Made by a program: the position numbers and the translations under genes
Assembly: GCF_011745625.1 (NCBI RefSeq)
Contig: NW_027191482.1
Coordinates: 124,001-188,000 of the forward strand
Length of the DNA stretch: 64,000 nucleotides
Reading direction: 5' to 3'
Source of the DNA: Cladosporium halotolerans
Taxonomy: Eukaryota
The notes under the pieces: model-generated
Told to the model about the DNA's origin: nothing
Database searches by the model: none
What the model saw: the letters and a program-made list of their open reading frames with translations, nothing else
Part shown: positions 22,563 through 34,159 of the stretch, in pieces
How positions within the stretch are numbered: the stretch's first letter is position 1
Layout: each line of letters begins with the position of its first letter

Positions 22563-25439
22563 ATGGAGCCTCGCGATCAGCAGGCCGAACTCGAGGATGA
22601 AAGCGGCGCCGCGTTGTTGTTGGCGGAGGCCATGACGCCCACAGAAGACCACAACCTCGTGCGCCAGCAATACGCCCATATGACGGTCAAAGACTCCGCC
22701 AGGTTGCATGCGGGCAATTCGTACGTTGGCCATCAACATAATTACTATGCACCAACGACACACCGAGAGGGTTTTTATCCTACAGATTTAAGCCTGAAGA
22801 ATGCACTGGCGTTTCCTGACATGAACCTCCGCTCCGTCAGTATCGCAAGAGAGCAGTCGCAGACATGTGAATGGCTTTTCGAAACTCAAGAATACAAGAG
22901 ATGGCGCAGCCCAGCGTTTCGATCATTACATCACGGTATACTGTGGATTCGGGGAAAGCCTGGTGCCGGAAAATCGACGCTCATGAAGTACGCTGTAAGG
23001 AAGCACCGAGAAGACTCCAAACGTCACGACCGACAGATATCATTCTTCTTCAATGCGAGAGGGAAAAGCCGGCCAGAGAAATCCACAGAAGGCATGTACC
23101 GCGCTCTTCTCCATCAAGTAGTAGAAGAAGTACCCCAACTACAAGACATGGCTGAGCCCGAAGCAAGAGAAAGTTTCCACAAGCAAGGGTGGCCTCTCGA
23201 GCTATTGAAAGACATGTTCCGCGAAGCTATGCTTTTCTGTGGTCGGAAGGATACCCTCACGTGCTATATCGATGCTTTGGATGAATGCGACGAAGATGAG
23301 ATGCGGGAAATGCTCTGGATGCTCGAAGACCTGGGTGAAGAAGCGACCTCCGCTGGTGTAGCCTTGTGGATCTGCGTGGCGAGTCGGCATTATCCGAATA
23401 TAAGGATCAGTAATCTCGAGGAAATACTATTTGACGACCTCGAAGGACATCAAGAAGACATCTCTTTATATGTGCAGAAGAAACTGAAACTGCAAGACAT
23501 TGGGGACAAACTTGACTTGGCTGAAGAAATCAGACAGAGATCATCCGGAGTCTTCCTATGGGTAGTCCTGGTGGTCGCTATCCTCAACAAGGTCCGCGAC
23601 CACGGAAACATTCACCAGCTGCGAGATCGTCTGCTCAAGATCCCTACGAGCTTACGAGATCTGTTCGACGACATACTGAATAGGGACGAGTCAAACGAGA
23701 GCCTAACACCCATGATCCAGTGGACCTTGTGTGCTGGAAGACGTTTGACCGCTCTCGAGCTATACTTCGCAGTCTTGATCTCTACGAAGCAATTGAAAGC
23801 CGCAACACTCCCATGGGATAGCACTCTTGTGAGCCGGCATGTGCTACGAGACTTCATACTCACTGGGTCAAAGGGCTTCCTAGAGATGAGCGTGCTTCCT
23901 CTCGACGGCCGACCTGATGAATGGCAGTATCAATTCATTCACGAGTCTGTGCGGGAGTTCTTTATCGATCATGGATTACAAAGGCTTGACCCATTGATAC
24001 AAGGCAAAGTGGTAGCCGCCAGCCACGAGCGGCTTGCTGGGTCATGCATCCAATACATATCCTTGCTCAGCACAGCCTTGGCTGATGCGTCCACAGACTC
24101 CGCAGCTCAAAACATGTATCCTTTTCTGGGATACATCTGTCATTACGGAGGATTCTATCACGCAGAGCAAGCTGAAAGCAGAGGTCTGTGTCAGTCCACA
24201 TTCTGCAACAAATTCCCTTTAGACGACTGGATTCTGGTGCAAGTGCTGACGCAAGAATCTGGTCCAGCACTTCATTATGTAGAGTATCACGCGACCTTGT
24301 TGCACATTCTCATCGAGCAAGAGTATCAATACCTGGCAAAGCGAGTGGTCCGGGAAAATACCACGTCCACGAGTGCCCGCGGCAGAGGTCGAGCGTGCAT
24401 AAACGCCCATTATGGACACCTGGGGACAGCACTACATATGGCAGTGGAGCGCAACAACCACGAGATTCTTCGTGTTCTCCTAGACTGTGGAGCCAATACA
24501 ACCGTGCAATGCGGTGATCTGGGGACTGCATTACACTTAGCAGTGAGCCGCAACCACATGAAGGCCATCCGTACCCTCTTGTCCGGTGGAGCTGAAATTG
24601 ACGCCCTGCATGAGAATAAAGGGACTGCACTTCACATTGCGGCGACTCACAGCTACACGGAAGTCGTGTTCCTTCTCTTGACTTCTGGTGCTGATGTAAA
24701 CGTATTTTTGGGTGGCGTCGGAACCGCACTCCATGCCGCAGTGCTCTATCATCACCCAAAGATTGCAAAACTGCTCATAGACAGCGGAGCTGATGTTAAC
24801 GCTCGACACAGCGACGAAAAACGACAAACGCGCTCCGAAACCCCGTTACACATCGCAGTGGGTAGACTCGTCGATGACCCAGAGGTCACTCGTATCCTGT
24901 TAGAGAACGGAGCCGACATCAACGTCCGGCGCAAACGCGAGCGGGTCAGAAGGCCGGCTTTGAGCGAAACTGCATTGCACATTGCCTTGCGTGGTAGAAA
25001 CCTTGCGGTCACACACGTTCTCGTGGAAAGTGGTGCCGACCTCAACATTTGCCGCCAGCCTGGCGAGACTGTGTTGAAGACCGCGGCGGAGTCATCGCCC
25101 GAATGCGTGCGCTGCCTGCTCGAGCGAAATGCTAATCTCAACATCTGGAACAGAGCCGACTTCGGAGACTTCCTTAAAACTGTGGCTAAAGTCAGCAACC
25201 AGGCGGAACAAATCTTGCATTTGCTTATCGAATTCAACGTGCTTGCAACAATTTCACATGACGACATGTTTGCCGCCTTGGAGGCAGCCAGCACACGCGA
25301 CCGCCTCCCGGTGGCCTTTATGGAGATCGTGCTTCAACAATTGCCGGACAGTGCGCACTCCGATTCGAAGTATGATCGTGTGATGGCCCTCTTCCACCAA
25401 CGGCGTTGGATATCTCCGTTCTTTACTTTAAAGGGATAA
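22563..25439 (+). CDS. Fungal NLR: N-terminal amyloid (HRAM-like) motif + NACHT NTPase + ankyrin repeats
   Basis: TCEWL, LWIRGKPGAGKSTLMK (Walker A, 22953-22979), FFFNARG, YIDALDEC (Walker B), SGVFLWV and FIHESVREF, followed by about 7 ankyrin repeats (GTALH/ETPLH). The true start may be Met24 (22632). Confidence 0.93.
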   Translation: MEPRDQQAELEDESGAALLLAEAMTPTEDHNLVRQQYAHMTVKDSARLHAGNSYVGHQHNYYAPTTHREGFYPTDLSLKNALAFPDMNLRSVSIAREQSQTCEWLFETQEYKRWRSPAFRSLHHGILWIRGKPGAGKSTLMKYAVRKHREDSKRHDRQISFFFNARGKSRPEKSTEGMYRALLHQVVEEVPQLQDMAEPEARESFHKQGWPLELLKDMFREAMLFCGRKDTLTCYIDALDECDEDEMREMLWMLEDLGEEATSAGVALWICVASRHYPNIRISNLEEILFDDLEGHQEDISLYVQKKLKLQDIGDKLDLAEEIRQRSSGVFLWVVLVVAILNKVRDHGNIHQLRDRLLKIPTSLRDLFDDILNRDESNESLTPMIQWTLCAGRRLTALELYFAVLISTKQLKAATLPWDSTLVSRHVLRDFILTGSKGFLEMSVLPLDGRPDEWQYQFIHESVREFFIDHGLQRLDPLIQGKVVAASHERLAGSCIQYISLLSTALADASTDSAAQNMYPFLGYICHYGGFYHAEQAESRGLCQSTFCNKFPLDDWILVQVLTQESGPALHYVEYHATLLHILIEQEYQYLAKRVVRENTTSTSARGRGRACINAHYGHLGTALHMAVERNNHEILRVLLDCGANTTVQCGDLGTALHLAVSRNHMKAIRTLLSGGAEIDALHENKGTALHIAATHSYTEVVFLLLTSGADVNVFLGGVGTALHAAVLYHHPKIAKLLIDSGADVNARHSDEKRQTRSETPLHIAVGRLVDDPEVTRILLENGADINVRRKRERVRRPALSETALHIALRGRNLAVTHVLVESGADLNICRQPGETVLKTAAESSPECVRCLLERNANLNIWNRADFGDFLKTVAKVSNQAEQILHLLIEFNVLATISHDDMFAALEAASTRDRLPVAFMEIVLQQLPDSAHSDSKYDRVMALFHQRRWISPFFTLKG

Positions 25440-25978
25440 TAATGCCTGCTTGCTCTGAATGAGAACGATCACATCTCACTATGAAGATGGAAACCATATG
25501 AGCGGCCCGATTGCCGCTATATTGACTGAGGAGTTTACGCTCAGTCTCATGTACAGAATGGAAATGCAGTGCAGCTTTCTAAGATCAGTCACGTGTATCG
25601 ATCGGGTTCTTGAAAGGGTGAAGAATGCTTTCGCTTCAGTGTCACAAGTGCCGCGCAGGGACATATAAGGGTGTTGAGCGTGATGTACAGCTCACAACCC
25701 ACGCTCCCCAAATCGCCAAAAAGGTGTTAAGATGCGTCAGGCCTGCACAACCGACGCACTGCGCGAACATTAGAAAGGAACTACACAATTCGGATTGATA
25801 TCTAAGCAGATATCTTGATCTCTCGGGCCGCTCCGGTGCCCAGCACTGGCGATTGCCCCCAGCCGTGATAAGCCACTCATTGCCACTCCACTTCTTCGTT
25901 CTTGTCCCTTAAGCTTATTTGTTTCTCAGCCGCTCACCTACCATCATCGATGCGCCGGAAGATTACCGACTATTGATC

Positions 25979-26812
25979 ATGTCGGGATCCATGCTTCCCT
26001 CAATCGCGACAATCTTACAAAGTACAGATGTTCTGAGTGCCCCCGATGCTTCAGCGACCGTGGTCAGAGTTGGAGAGTATTTTGCGGTGAAATACGGCAC
26101 TTCAGTCTCCCTGCTTGAAGCACAAAATTTGAGTTTCATCGCAGATAACAGCAATGTCCCAGTCCCTAAAACATATGGCACATTGACCGAGGAAAGTACG
26201 GGACGAAACTTCATCATCATGGAGATGGTACCGGGAGAGCCTCTTTCAAAAGCCCGGCCAAACCTCACCTCTGCTGAGAAACGTGATGTTGCTGAACAAA
26301 TCCAAAGAGCCATGATCAATCTGCGCAACATCCCTCCCGCTGGCTATATCGGATCACTTGCTCGACAGCCCTGCGCTGACGGAGTCTTTTGGGCCCCAGA
26401 TCGTCCAGCTGATCCGTCATTGTCGGGACCGTTTGACACAGAGGATGACATGAATCAAGGGATTTTGCGAAAACTAGAGTCGAGCGAGCATCGTTCATAT
26501 GTGGGCTTCTTACGCACCCTCATGTTGGCGACACTGCACAGCCACCGAACATTCTTCACGCACGGAGACCTTCAGCCAAAAAACGTGATAGTGCAAAGGA
26601 GTACTAGCGCAAGAGGTGAGACGTCACTACTGAAGATCAGGATCATCGATTGGGAGGTGGCAGGCTGGTACCCGGAGTACTGGGAATCTTGCAACGCAAC
26701 GATAAGTGCTCGCTTCGACGCAGATTGGCTGGATCTTGTGCAGAGCGCTATGTCAATGTACCCGCATGAATATTTGATGATGCAAGTGATACGGCAATTG
26801 ATGTTCTACTAA
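25979..26812 (+). CDS. Aminoglycoside-phosphotransferase / protein-kinase-like (APH family) protein
   Basis: AVKYG, EAQNL, VPVPK, FTHGDLQPKNV (catalytic loop) and IIDWEVAGWYPEYWE. First ATG at 25979. Confidence 0.88.
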   Translation: MSGSMLPSIATILQSTDVLSAPDASATVVRVGEYFAVKYGTSVSLLEAQNLSFIADNSNVPVPKTYGTLTEESTGRNFIIMEMVPGEPLSKARPNLTSAEKRDVAEQIQRAMINLRNIPPAGYIGSLARQPCADGVFWAPDRPADPSLSGPFDTEDDMNQGILRKLESSEHRSYVGFLRTLMLATLHSHRTFFTHGDLQPKNVIVQRSTSARGETSLLKIRIIDWEVAGWYPEYWESCNATISARFDADWLDLVQSAMSMYPHEYLMMQVIRQLMFY

Positions 26813-27141
26813 AGCATGGTGGGGTTTGTTCTCGTTGAGGTCCTGATATTTCGGAGCGGCGGCACCATAACGATGCACAGGCGAGAGCCTGCGCGCCAAT
26901 TGTAGTGTCGAAGGATTGAGGCCTGGGCTTTGGCAGGGTAGAAGGAATTACGAGATTACACGTGCAAGATGAAACACTAGTCGAGACACTCAAAACGCCT
27001 GAGTCGAAAGTGTATACGGAAGGAATCAGGTTGAGTCAAGCACAGTACCGAGCTTCGGTGGACTTTGACCCGGCTCGCAAACCACAATAACGTAGCTGCG
27101 ACGCACCCCTCTTGACTACAGACTTCTCCAACCCTCAGAGA

Positions 27142-28324
27142 ATGCTTTCAGACAGCGGTGCAGACCAAGAAGACCTCTGCGCAGCGAATCGAGATGGTGA
27201 TGTCGCGCTTGTTTCACGACTCCTGGCCAATTACCCCTTTGACGCCGACGATGCCACTGCAGCTCTGGACGATGCCGAGCTGGACCCTACGATCATCCGC
27301 ATCCTTCTCCAGCATGGCGCCGACGTCAAAGTCGTTTCTATACGCATGATTCCGTGTTCTGACACGCCTGGCGAACTCATGAGACTCCTTGCCGAGTACA
27401 AGTACGACTTCAAGTCAGATGGTCATCGCATACTCCAGTCAGTCTCAACCACGATCTCTTGCTTAAGACAGGTAGACTAATGCTTCTTAGAGACTTCGAC
27501 CACGACCGCGAAACGCTCGACTGGCTGCTTGACCGGGGTGCAGACATCAACCGCACAGACAGTCAACGGCTCGACGACGGCTTCAATCTTGCTATAGGAG
27601 AGACGGACAGTGCCTTACACTTGCTCAATAACGTAGCAGCAAGTGGCGACATCGACCTATTCGATCACCTTATTACTCGGGGAGCCGACACGTCGCTCTG
27701 CACAGCTCTTCATTCTGCGTCACGATGTAAAGACATCGAGACGTCTAGAGCTATGGTTTGCCATCTGCTAGATAAACACAACATGGACATCAATCGGAAT
27801 AGAATAACGACGACCTACGCCACTTTTACCATGACCCTGAGGATTCTGGCTCGCCTCTCTGCAGCGCGATAATTCACAAAAACCTTGCCGTTGTTCACGA
27901 GTTGCTCAAGAGAGGCGCAAGTGTGAATCCTCCCGATTGGTCTCCTGTTATCTACGCGGTGAAGGCGGGAGGATTCCTCCCTGCCCTGGAGCCGCTCTTG
28001 CGTGCTGGGGCTGATGCAACCGACGCTTTGAAGGTATCGGTGATTAAAAGCAATATCGATGCTGCAAAAACCTGTTTGCAATTTGGGGCAGACCCCGCTC
28101 CTGGATTGCGCGAAGCCATTGCGCAGGAGGAGTACAGAACAAACACAATCGCCGAGAATGCGGCGTATTTTGAGAGCAGACCGGAGTTAAGCTACATAAA
28201 GAGCGAGAAAGAGGTGAAGAAAGAAAGGGCGGAAGAGCGGGAGAGCCAGGAGATGGTCGCGTTGCTGAAGAGCGCGATGGCATACTTACATACTACTATG
28301 CCTAATGTCGCTGTCTTTCACTGA
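27142..28324 (+). pseudogene. Ankyrin-repeat protein gene with a 5-bp duplication frameshift (intron 27438-27490)
   Basis: Ankyrin motifs LLQHGADV, WLLDRGADIN, TALHSA, SPLCSA and LLRAGAD. The frame breaks at GAATAGAATA (27797-27806); deleting one copy restores a continuous ORF to 28324. Confidence 0.8.
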
Positions 28325-31290
28325 TGGCTTCAAGTCTGCATGCTTGCACTTTCGTCAAATCAGTCTCTGTGGTGCAAGTCCTTCGTAGTGACCTTCCCTG
28401 TCTCATGGGGTCGGTGCTAGTAATATCGTTCATTTCGCAAAGCCTGCGTCATGCCGTCGTTCCTTCTTTTGTTGTTTTATCACAATTGTGTTATTGCTTT
28501 GCTGATCTCGAATCCAGTACCTGGCTTTGCTACACTTTCCAGAGGCGGGCGTTTGAGTAGACTCCTGATCAAACCTTCTCAATAGGTGTGGGCAAAGCAC
28601 CTCACGGCCACTCGTGGCAGGGTTCATGAATAGCTGGTGGAGAGGGGCCATTTGCTTCGCCGTCTCGATGTAGCCAGCGTTGGCATCAATGATATCATCT
28701 TCGCAGTGACTCAGGGGGTGCTGGCGTGGATCGCATGGGTCACAAGGATGAAGAAGGTGATCTTAGTGAGCGTAGTGCTTTGTTAGAAAATTGAGATTCA
28801 AGGCTTGCGAGGCACCGCTGCCCATACGGGCGTACAATTGTAGAGTTGGCAGGACGACACTGTGCTTCTTCCAATACCTACTCTGGCATGCAGACACGTA
28901 TGCGCCGTACTTCGGTGGACCCTACCGGACGCGCATAAGTGGCAACCGCAAACGGAATCGGCAATAACTCGATCAATCAGTCTGCCATAATGAGCGGAGT
29001 CGCATTTCGCCGCAGGTCGTTTTGATCGATGAGTATTGATATGAGCAGGAGATGCGTGGGAATCCATAGACGTGACCTAGACGCATGTGATGTGCAAGAG
29101 CGTCTAGCACAGTTGCGCTTCCCTTCACCGGAGGGATGACTACACGAACCAGAAAGGCATTGCTTGCAATGTTTGCCGCTCGCCACAGCCTCAACGAGCC
29201 GTAAATGAATGCTGAGCGGCAGCACCAGCATAACCTTCCATTCGCAGCGTCCCAAGATTGCGCCGGAAGACCAGACCCGGCCGAAGGAATGCAGACAGGC
29301 TTACGTACACCCAGCAGCCAGAACATAAAGCCATGGCGAGAAACACATCCTCGCCCACGGGATTCTAGAGCCGCCACAGACAGTCAGCGGCTCAAAACTT
29401 CATACACCTCCCAAGGCTCTCGAACAGCCCTCGTCCCAGACAAATGCCAGCGACAATCCAGATCATCGCCTATCGGAGAATTCTAGATGTCGTCTGGCGT
29501 GATTGGGTGAGCAGAGAGAGGAAGCAGCCTTAATCGCCAGGCCCTGCATGGGAATTTTGCAGAATGATGGCTCTGGACCCATCTTTCTCGTAGTGAATGT
29601 CTGGAAACGCGGGGATTGGGTTGAGGTTCCGAAGAGGTACTTGGTACATATGACTTAGATCCCGGGACGGCAGTGGGTGCTTGCATCCGAGAGCTATTTT
29701 GATGAGCTCTCTCGCTGACTGTGGTGACTCTCGAGCAACCAGCAAACATCTGCAGCGTGAGCAGCCTCGAAGTGAAGTCTGGATCGCAGTCAGCAGTCCT
29801 CCAGATTACGATTTGCAGCCTCAGGCCCGCCCGGACGTCGGACAACGCTCGTCGGCGGCCTCCCGCAGCGAAGCTTCGCCGCAGAGCCAATCGAGCCGAT
29901 CACGCGACAAGACCAAAGATCGCAATCTCACAATGCCATCTAGACCTCTCTGCGTCAGACACAGTGCGCACGCACAATCTGCACGGAGCCAGACACCGTC
30001 TCACGTCTCGCTGGCCAGGCGACAAAACAAGAGAGCGTCAGCAGTCGCATTATTATTGCATCGTCACAGACAGGACAGCGCCCGGAGACGCCACGGACAT
30101 CATCTCTCGAGGCGCTCGGCAACGCGTCACGGCAAGTCGGGGTCGCCAGCGAGCGCGCAGGTTGGCAGCCCCAAGACGCTTGGGTAATTTCCCCTGTTCC
30201 GACCAGCAACGGCGCGGCAGAGGCGCTGCGCCGGGCCAGACAAGTCTGCGGCCCCACGGCGCCGCACCGCTCGACTTTGTCCGTGAGGGAGGGAGGGATT
30301 GCGATGCGATTGGGATGGGAGGTGCGTCGGAGGTGTGAGTGGATGTGATGGCTAGATTTTTTCGGGCATGAAAATTCACGATGCGTCGGGGAGTGGCTTG
30401 CTGACGTGTGGAAGAGGACGAGGAGCGCGACCAGGAGCACCGGCGTGGCGGGCTTGCTGATGGACGTACCGCCGGGTCGTGGTGATGATCCACGTGGAAG
30501 AGGGCTCTGTGGTGGTGTGCTGCGCGCGCGGGTTTGTGAGAGGCTGGAGGTTTCACACGGCGTACGCGCCTGCGGAGCCTATCGAGGACTAGGAGACGGA
30601 CAGCAATTTCGACAGGTCGGAAAGTGGTTTGCGCGTGTCAGCGATGGGAGTGATGTGGTGAGGTGAGGTGAGGCGGAGGTGGCTGCGTTGCTACAGGAGT
30701 GAGTGTGATGTGCAGCCGTCGCAACCCTGATCGCTATATGCATGGAGTTGCACACGCACGCGCGTGCGACAAGGCACTATTGTGTATCTATTGCAGTGCG
30801 TGCTGGAGCATCGCGGACGGCGCACTGCGCACTGCCGGCGCCTGGCCTGTTCCTGTCGCGCGTGCCGATCACTGATGCCCTAACGGCGGCGCTAAGCCCC
30901 TCGCGGCGCTGCAGTCATCTCGGTTGGCGGGAGGGTGTTGCCGGTAGCACAGGGGCAGCTGCTGGCCGCGCAGTGCTGGCTGGCGCTGCGCGCGCTGCTA
31001 GTCACCACCGCTCTCTTTTCAAAACCGCCGCGCCTCGCCGCCGACCCCGACCCTCCTCCTCCTCCCTGCCACGCATCCACCCAACGCCCACCGCAGTCGC
31101 TCTTTACAGCACCCCGTGCTAGCCCGTCGCTCATTCCCGATCGCGTTGCTCGCCTTCGCCGACTCTCCTTCTCGCCCGCCAGCCGTCTAGACCGCCCCTT
31201 GCGTGCCTCAGCCACCGCGTCTCTTCACGATCAACAAATACCCTCGCCGAATTGTTCCCAGCGCATTCGCGACTCTTACGAACATCCACA

Positions 31291-32802
31291 ATGAAGCAGT
31301 TCATCGGCGCCGCAGCGGCGCTCCTCTACACCAGCGCGGTCTCCGCCAACCTTGAGGCTCGCCAGAACAACTGCGACAACGCCGTCAACGATGGCGGTAA
31401 CTGGTACTGCTCCATGGTCAAGGCCATCACCTACAACGGTGTCAGCGGCGGCGACAACAAGTACAACAAGATCACCAGCATGGACGGCGACTCTGGCTCC
31501 TGCCAGAGCACTCCCTTCTCCTACTCCGGCAACATGGCTCCCCTCGACGAGGAGGTACGATAGCCCATCCACGCCGGCGAGCAATGCCGAGCCACGCGCG
31601 ACGCGTGAACCCAATGTCGCAGACAATGCTGACTTACGTCCCTCCAGGTCTCCATGCACGTCCGTGGTCCGGCCAAGCTGAAGCAGTTCGCCGTCTACAC
31701 CCCTGGTGGCTCCTCTTCCGACAGCAAGGTCCGCCGCAGCGCCACTGCCCGCCGTCACGCCCACGCTCACGCCCACGCCCACAAGCGTGAGGCTGACGCT
31801 GCCCTCGGCGACATGGTCTACGCCACCATCAATGGCCAGGTCCAGAGCTGGGCCAACAACTGGTCTGGTGAGCCCACTTCCGCCCCGGCCGCCTACTCCG
31901 CCCCGGCTGCCACCAGCGCTCCGGCTGTCCAGAACAAGGCCTACGACGCTCCCTCCAGCGCCGCCGCCTACTCTGAGGCTCCCTCTTCCGCGGCTGCTTC
32001 TTCTGCTCCCGCCTCTTCTTCCAGCTCCAGCTCCAGCGGCGGCCTCTTCGGCCTCGGTGGCTCTTCCGGCGACTGGACCCGCCAGGCCTACTACAACGCC
32101 GAGTCTGGCGACGCTGACGGCCTTGTCTTCCTGAACCACAACGGTGGCTCTGGCTCTGGTGTCTTCGACTACTCTTTCGGCAACTCCCTCTCCTACGCCC
32201 GCGCCGACGGCAAGGGCGGCAGCTCTTCTCCTGAGGTTCTTGACGACTGCGAGCTTGCCTCCTCTGACGAGATCATCATCATGTCCGACAAGGAGTGCGA
32301 GGGTGACAGCTGCGGCTACTACCGCCCCGGCACCGTCGCCCACCACGGTTTCGGCGGCGCCGAGAAGGCCTTCTTCTTCGAGTTCCAGATGCCCGACGAC
32401 GGCCAGTCCAGCGCCAACAAGTACGACCCGGTCAACATGCCCGCCATCTGGATGCTGAACGCCCAGATCCCCCGCACTCTCCAGTACGGCAACGCCGAGT
32501 GCTCCTGCTGGACCTCCGGCTGCGGCGAGTTCGACATCTTCGAGGTCCTGGCTCCCGGTGACAAGCGCATGAAGTCCACCCTCCACGGCAACGTCAACGG
32601 CGGCTCCAGCGACTACTTCGACCGCCCCTGCGACAACACCATCAAGGCCGTCATGGTCATGAAGGACAACGACATCCACATCAAGGTCCTCGACGACAGC
32701 ACCGAGTTCGGCAGCACCATGCCCGGCTCCCAGATCGACGACGTTTGCGGCTCCCAGGACCTCCTCTCCCAGCTCTTCTCCGTCTTCAACCTGTCTTCTT
32801 AG
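31291..32802 (+). CDS. TOS1: Secreted Tos1/Pga52-family cell-wall protein (DUF2403 + DUF2401; intron 31555-31647)
   Basis: Signal peptide, GGNWYC, APLDEE|VSMHVRGPAKLKQFAVY, a Ser/Ala linker, NMPAIWMLNAQIPRTLQYG, CSCWTSGCGEFDIFEVL and DYFDRP. Confidence 0.9.
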
Positions 32803-34159
32803 ATGGATGTGTTGACGTTGGGGGCTGGCGGCGTGGCTGGCGCGGATCTTAACCATATAACCTTCTCGTATACCTCCAGTTGCTTTGGTTTGTTCTCTCT
32901 CTGAAATTTTAACGCCTTCGCTACGGCGGGGTATGTTCTGTCTCACGAATTTTACTCGCATGCTTCATCTCTTCATTTCTCCTCTGCATCTTCACACCAG
33001 ACCCGTCGTTCTGCTACAGCGGATGCCACCCGCGGAGCAACTTGGCGGCGCTTCCGAGTTTCTTCAGTTCAGTCCGGAGGAAAAGCCACATTCTCCAGGC
33101 TGATTTGATTTGTTGGATGGAGCTTTTGTCGCCTTGCTAGGCCTTTGGCTGACGGTTATCAATTTTGATGTCTGGATTAGCTCATCGGGGTCAGTTGGGT
33201 TATCTTCCGTAATCTCTAGGTCTTTGCGATAGTAGTGTATATGCATGCTTCCATGGTTCATGCTTGCGTTCCCCGTTGTGTGCTAAAGAAGTCATGTCTT
33301 CGCATGGGCAGGTGTTTGGTGGCGCTCAAACAGTGCCCGTAGAACGTGACCCAGTCTGTGATCTCCACAGTCTGTCTGCAGATTATTAGCTCGCCGTCAC
33401 GACCTTACCTCGTTGACTGATGCTGCTGCGTGCATGCAGGTGAAGTGGCAGAAGACCGTCGCAGCTTGTGGCGCGCTGCTGGAGCAATGTGAGGCGTGAT
33501 GTGCGCTGTCTCGTGAAGTCGATGCAGCAAGCCTCAAACGAGCGCATGATATCTGCAAATAAATGCAGCACCGACTTGCAATGCGCATCTGATGGAAGCA
33601 CGTTGCTTACTACTGTACATTGTACAGTAGTTTGTAGAGGTTGCAAGAAAATCGGACCGCCCGGAAGCACCTGCTACGCGCGGCAAGTCTTCCCGCTCTG
33701 AGCGACGAGTGTGGAGAGATCCGGGGTCGGCGCTCGTCGGCAAGGCCGCTGCTTGTGAAGCCTGAAGGGCCGAGGCAGGAAGGGAAGGCTGGGCGCTGCG
33801 CTGCGCAAAGTGTAATCGCATCGTCGCCGACGACACACGTTGTTCTCGCTCTGACAACTACCCTGCACTACGACAACGACGCCCACTGCCAGCGCATACA
33901 CGACGGACGCACGGGACCTGGATACGTGCGCTTGGCTACGACTGCGGTGTTTTGACGACGACGACGCTGCTGACCGGATCTTGCGCGAGAGTGGTGACGG
34001 CATCGCGATATCACAACATTCGCCGACCGGCATTTGCATACACGGATAGGGAGACTGGAAAATAGGAGCAAGCGCATATCAGGAACCGAGTCTCGAGACT
34101 CAAACGCGCAGAGCGCATTGTATCGGTGCGAGCAAGGCTAGGGCCTCGCTCGGCCCAAC

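Noticed and set aside
25796..25813. Small palindrome GATATCT-AAGC-AGATATC upstream of the APH gene
   Set aside because: A 7-bp stem is expected by chance in 64 kb.
19750..28700. Island as an intact mobile element (Starship or transposon)
   Set aside because: No tyrosine recombinase, transposase or RT gene, and no matching terminal repeats or target-site duplication identified.
28330..31290. Many 100-200 aa ORFs upstream of TOS1
   Set aside because: Arg/Ser/Ala-rich translations with no codon bias or motifs; most likely a long promoter/5' region.
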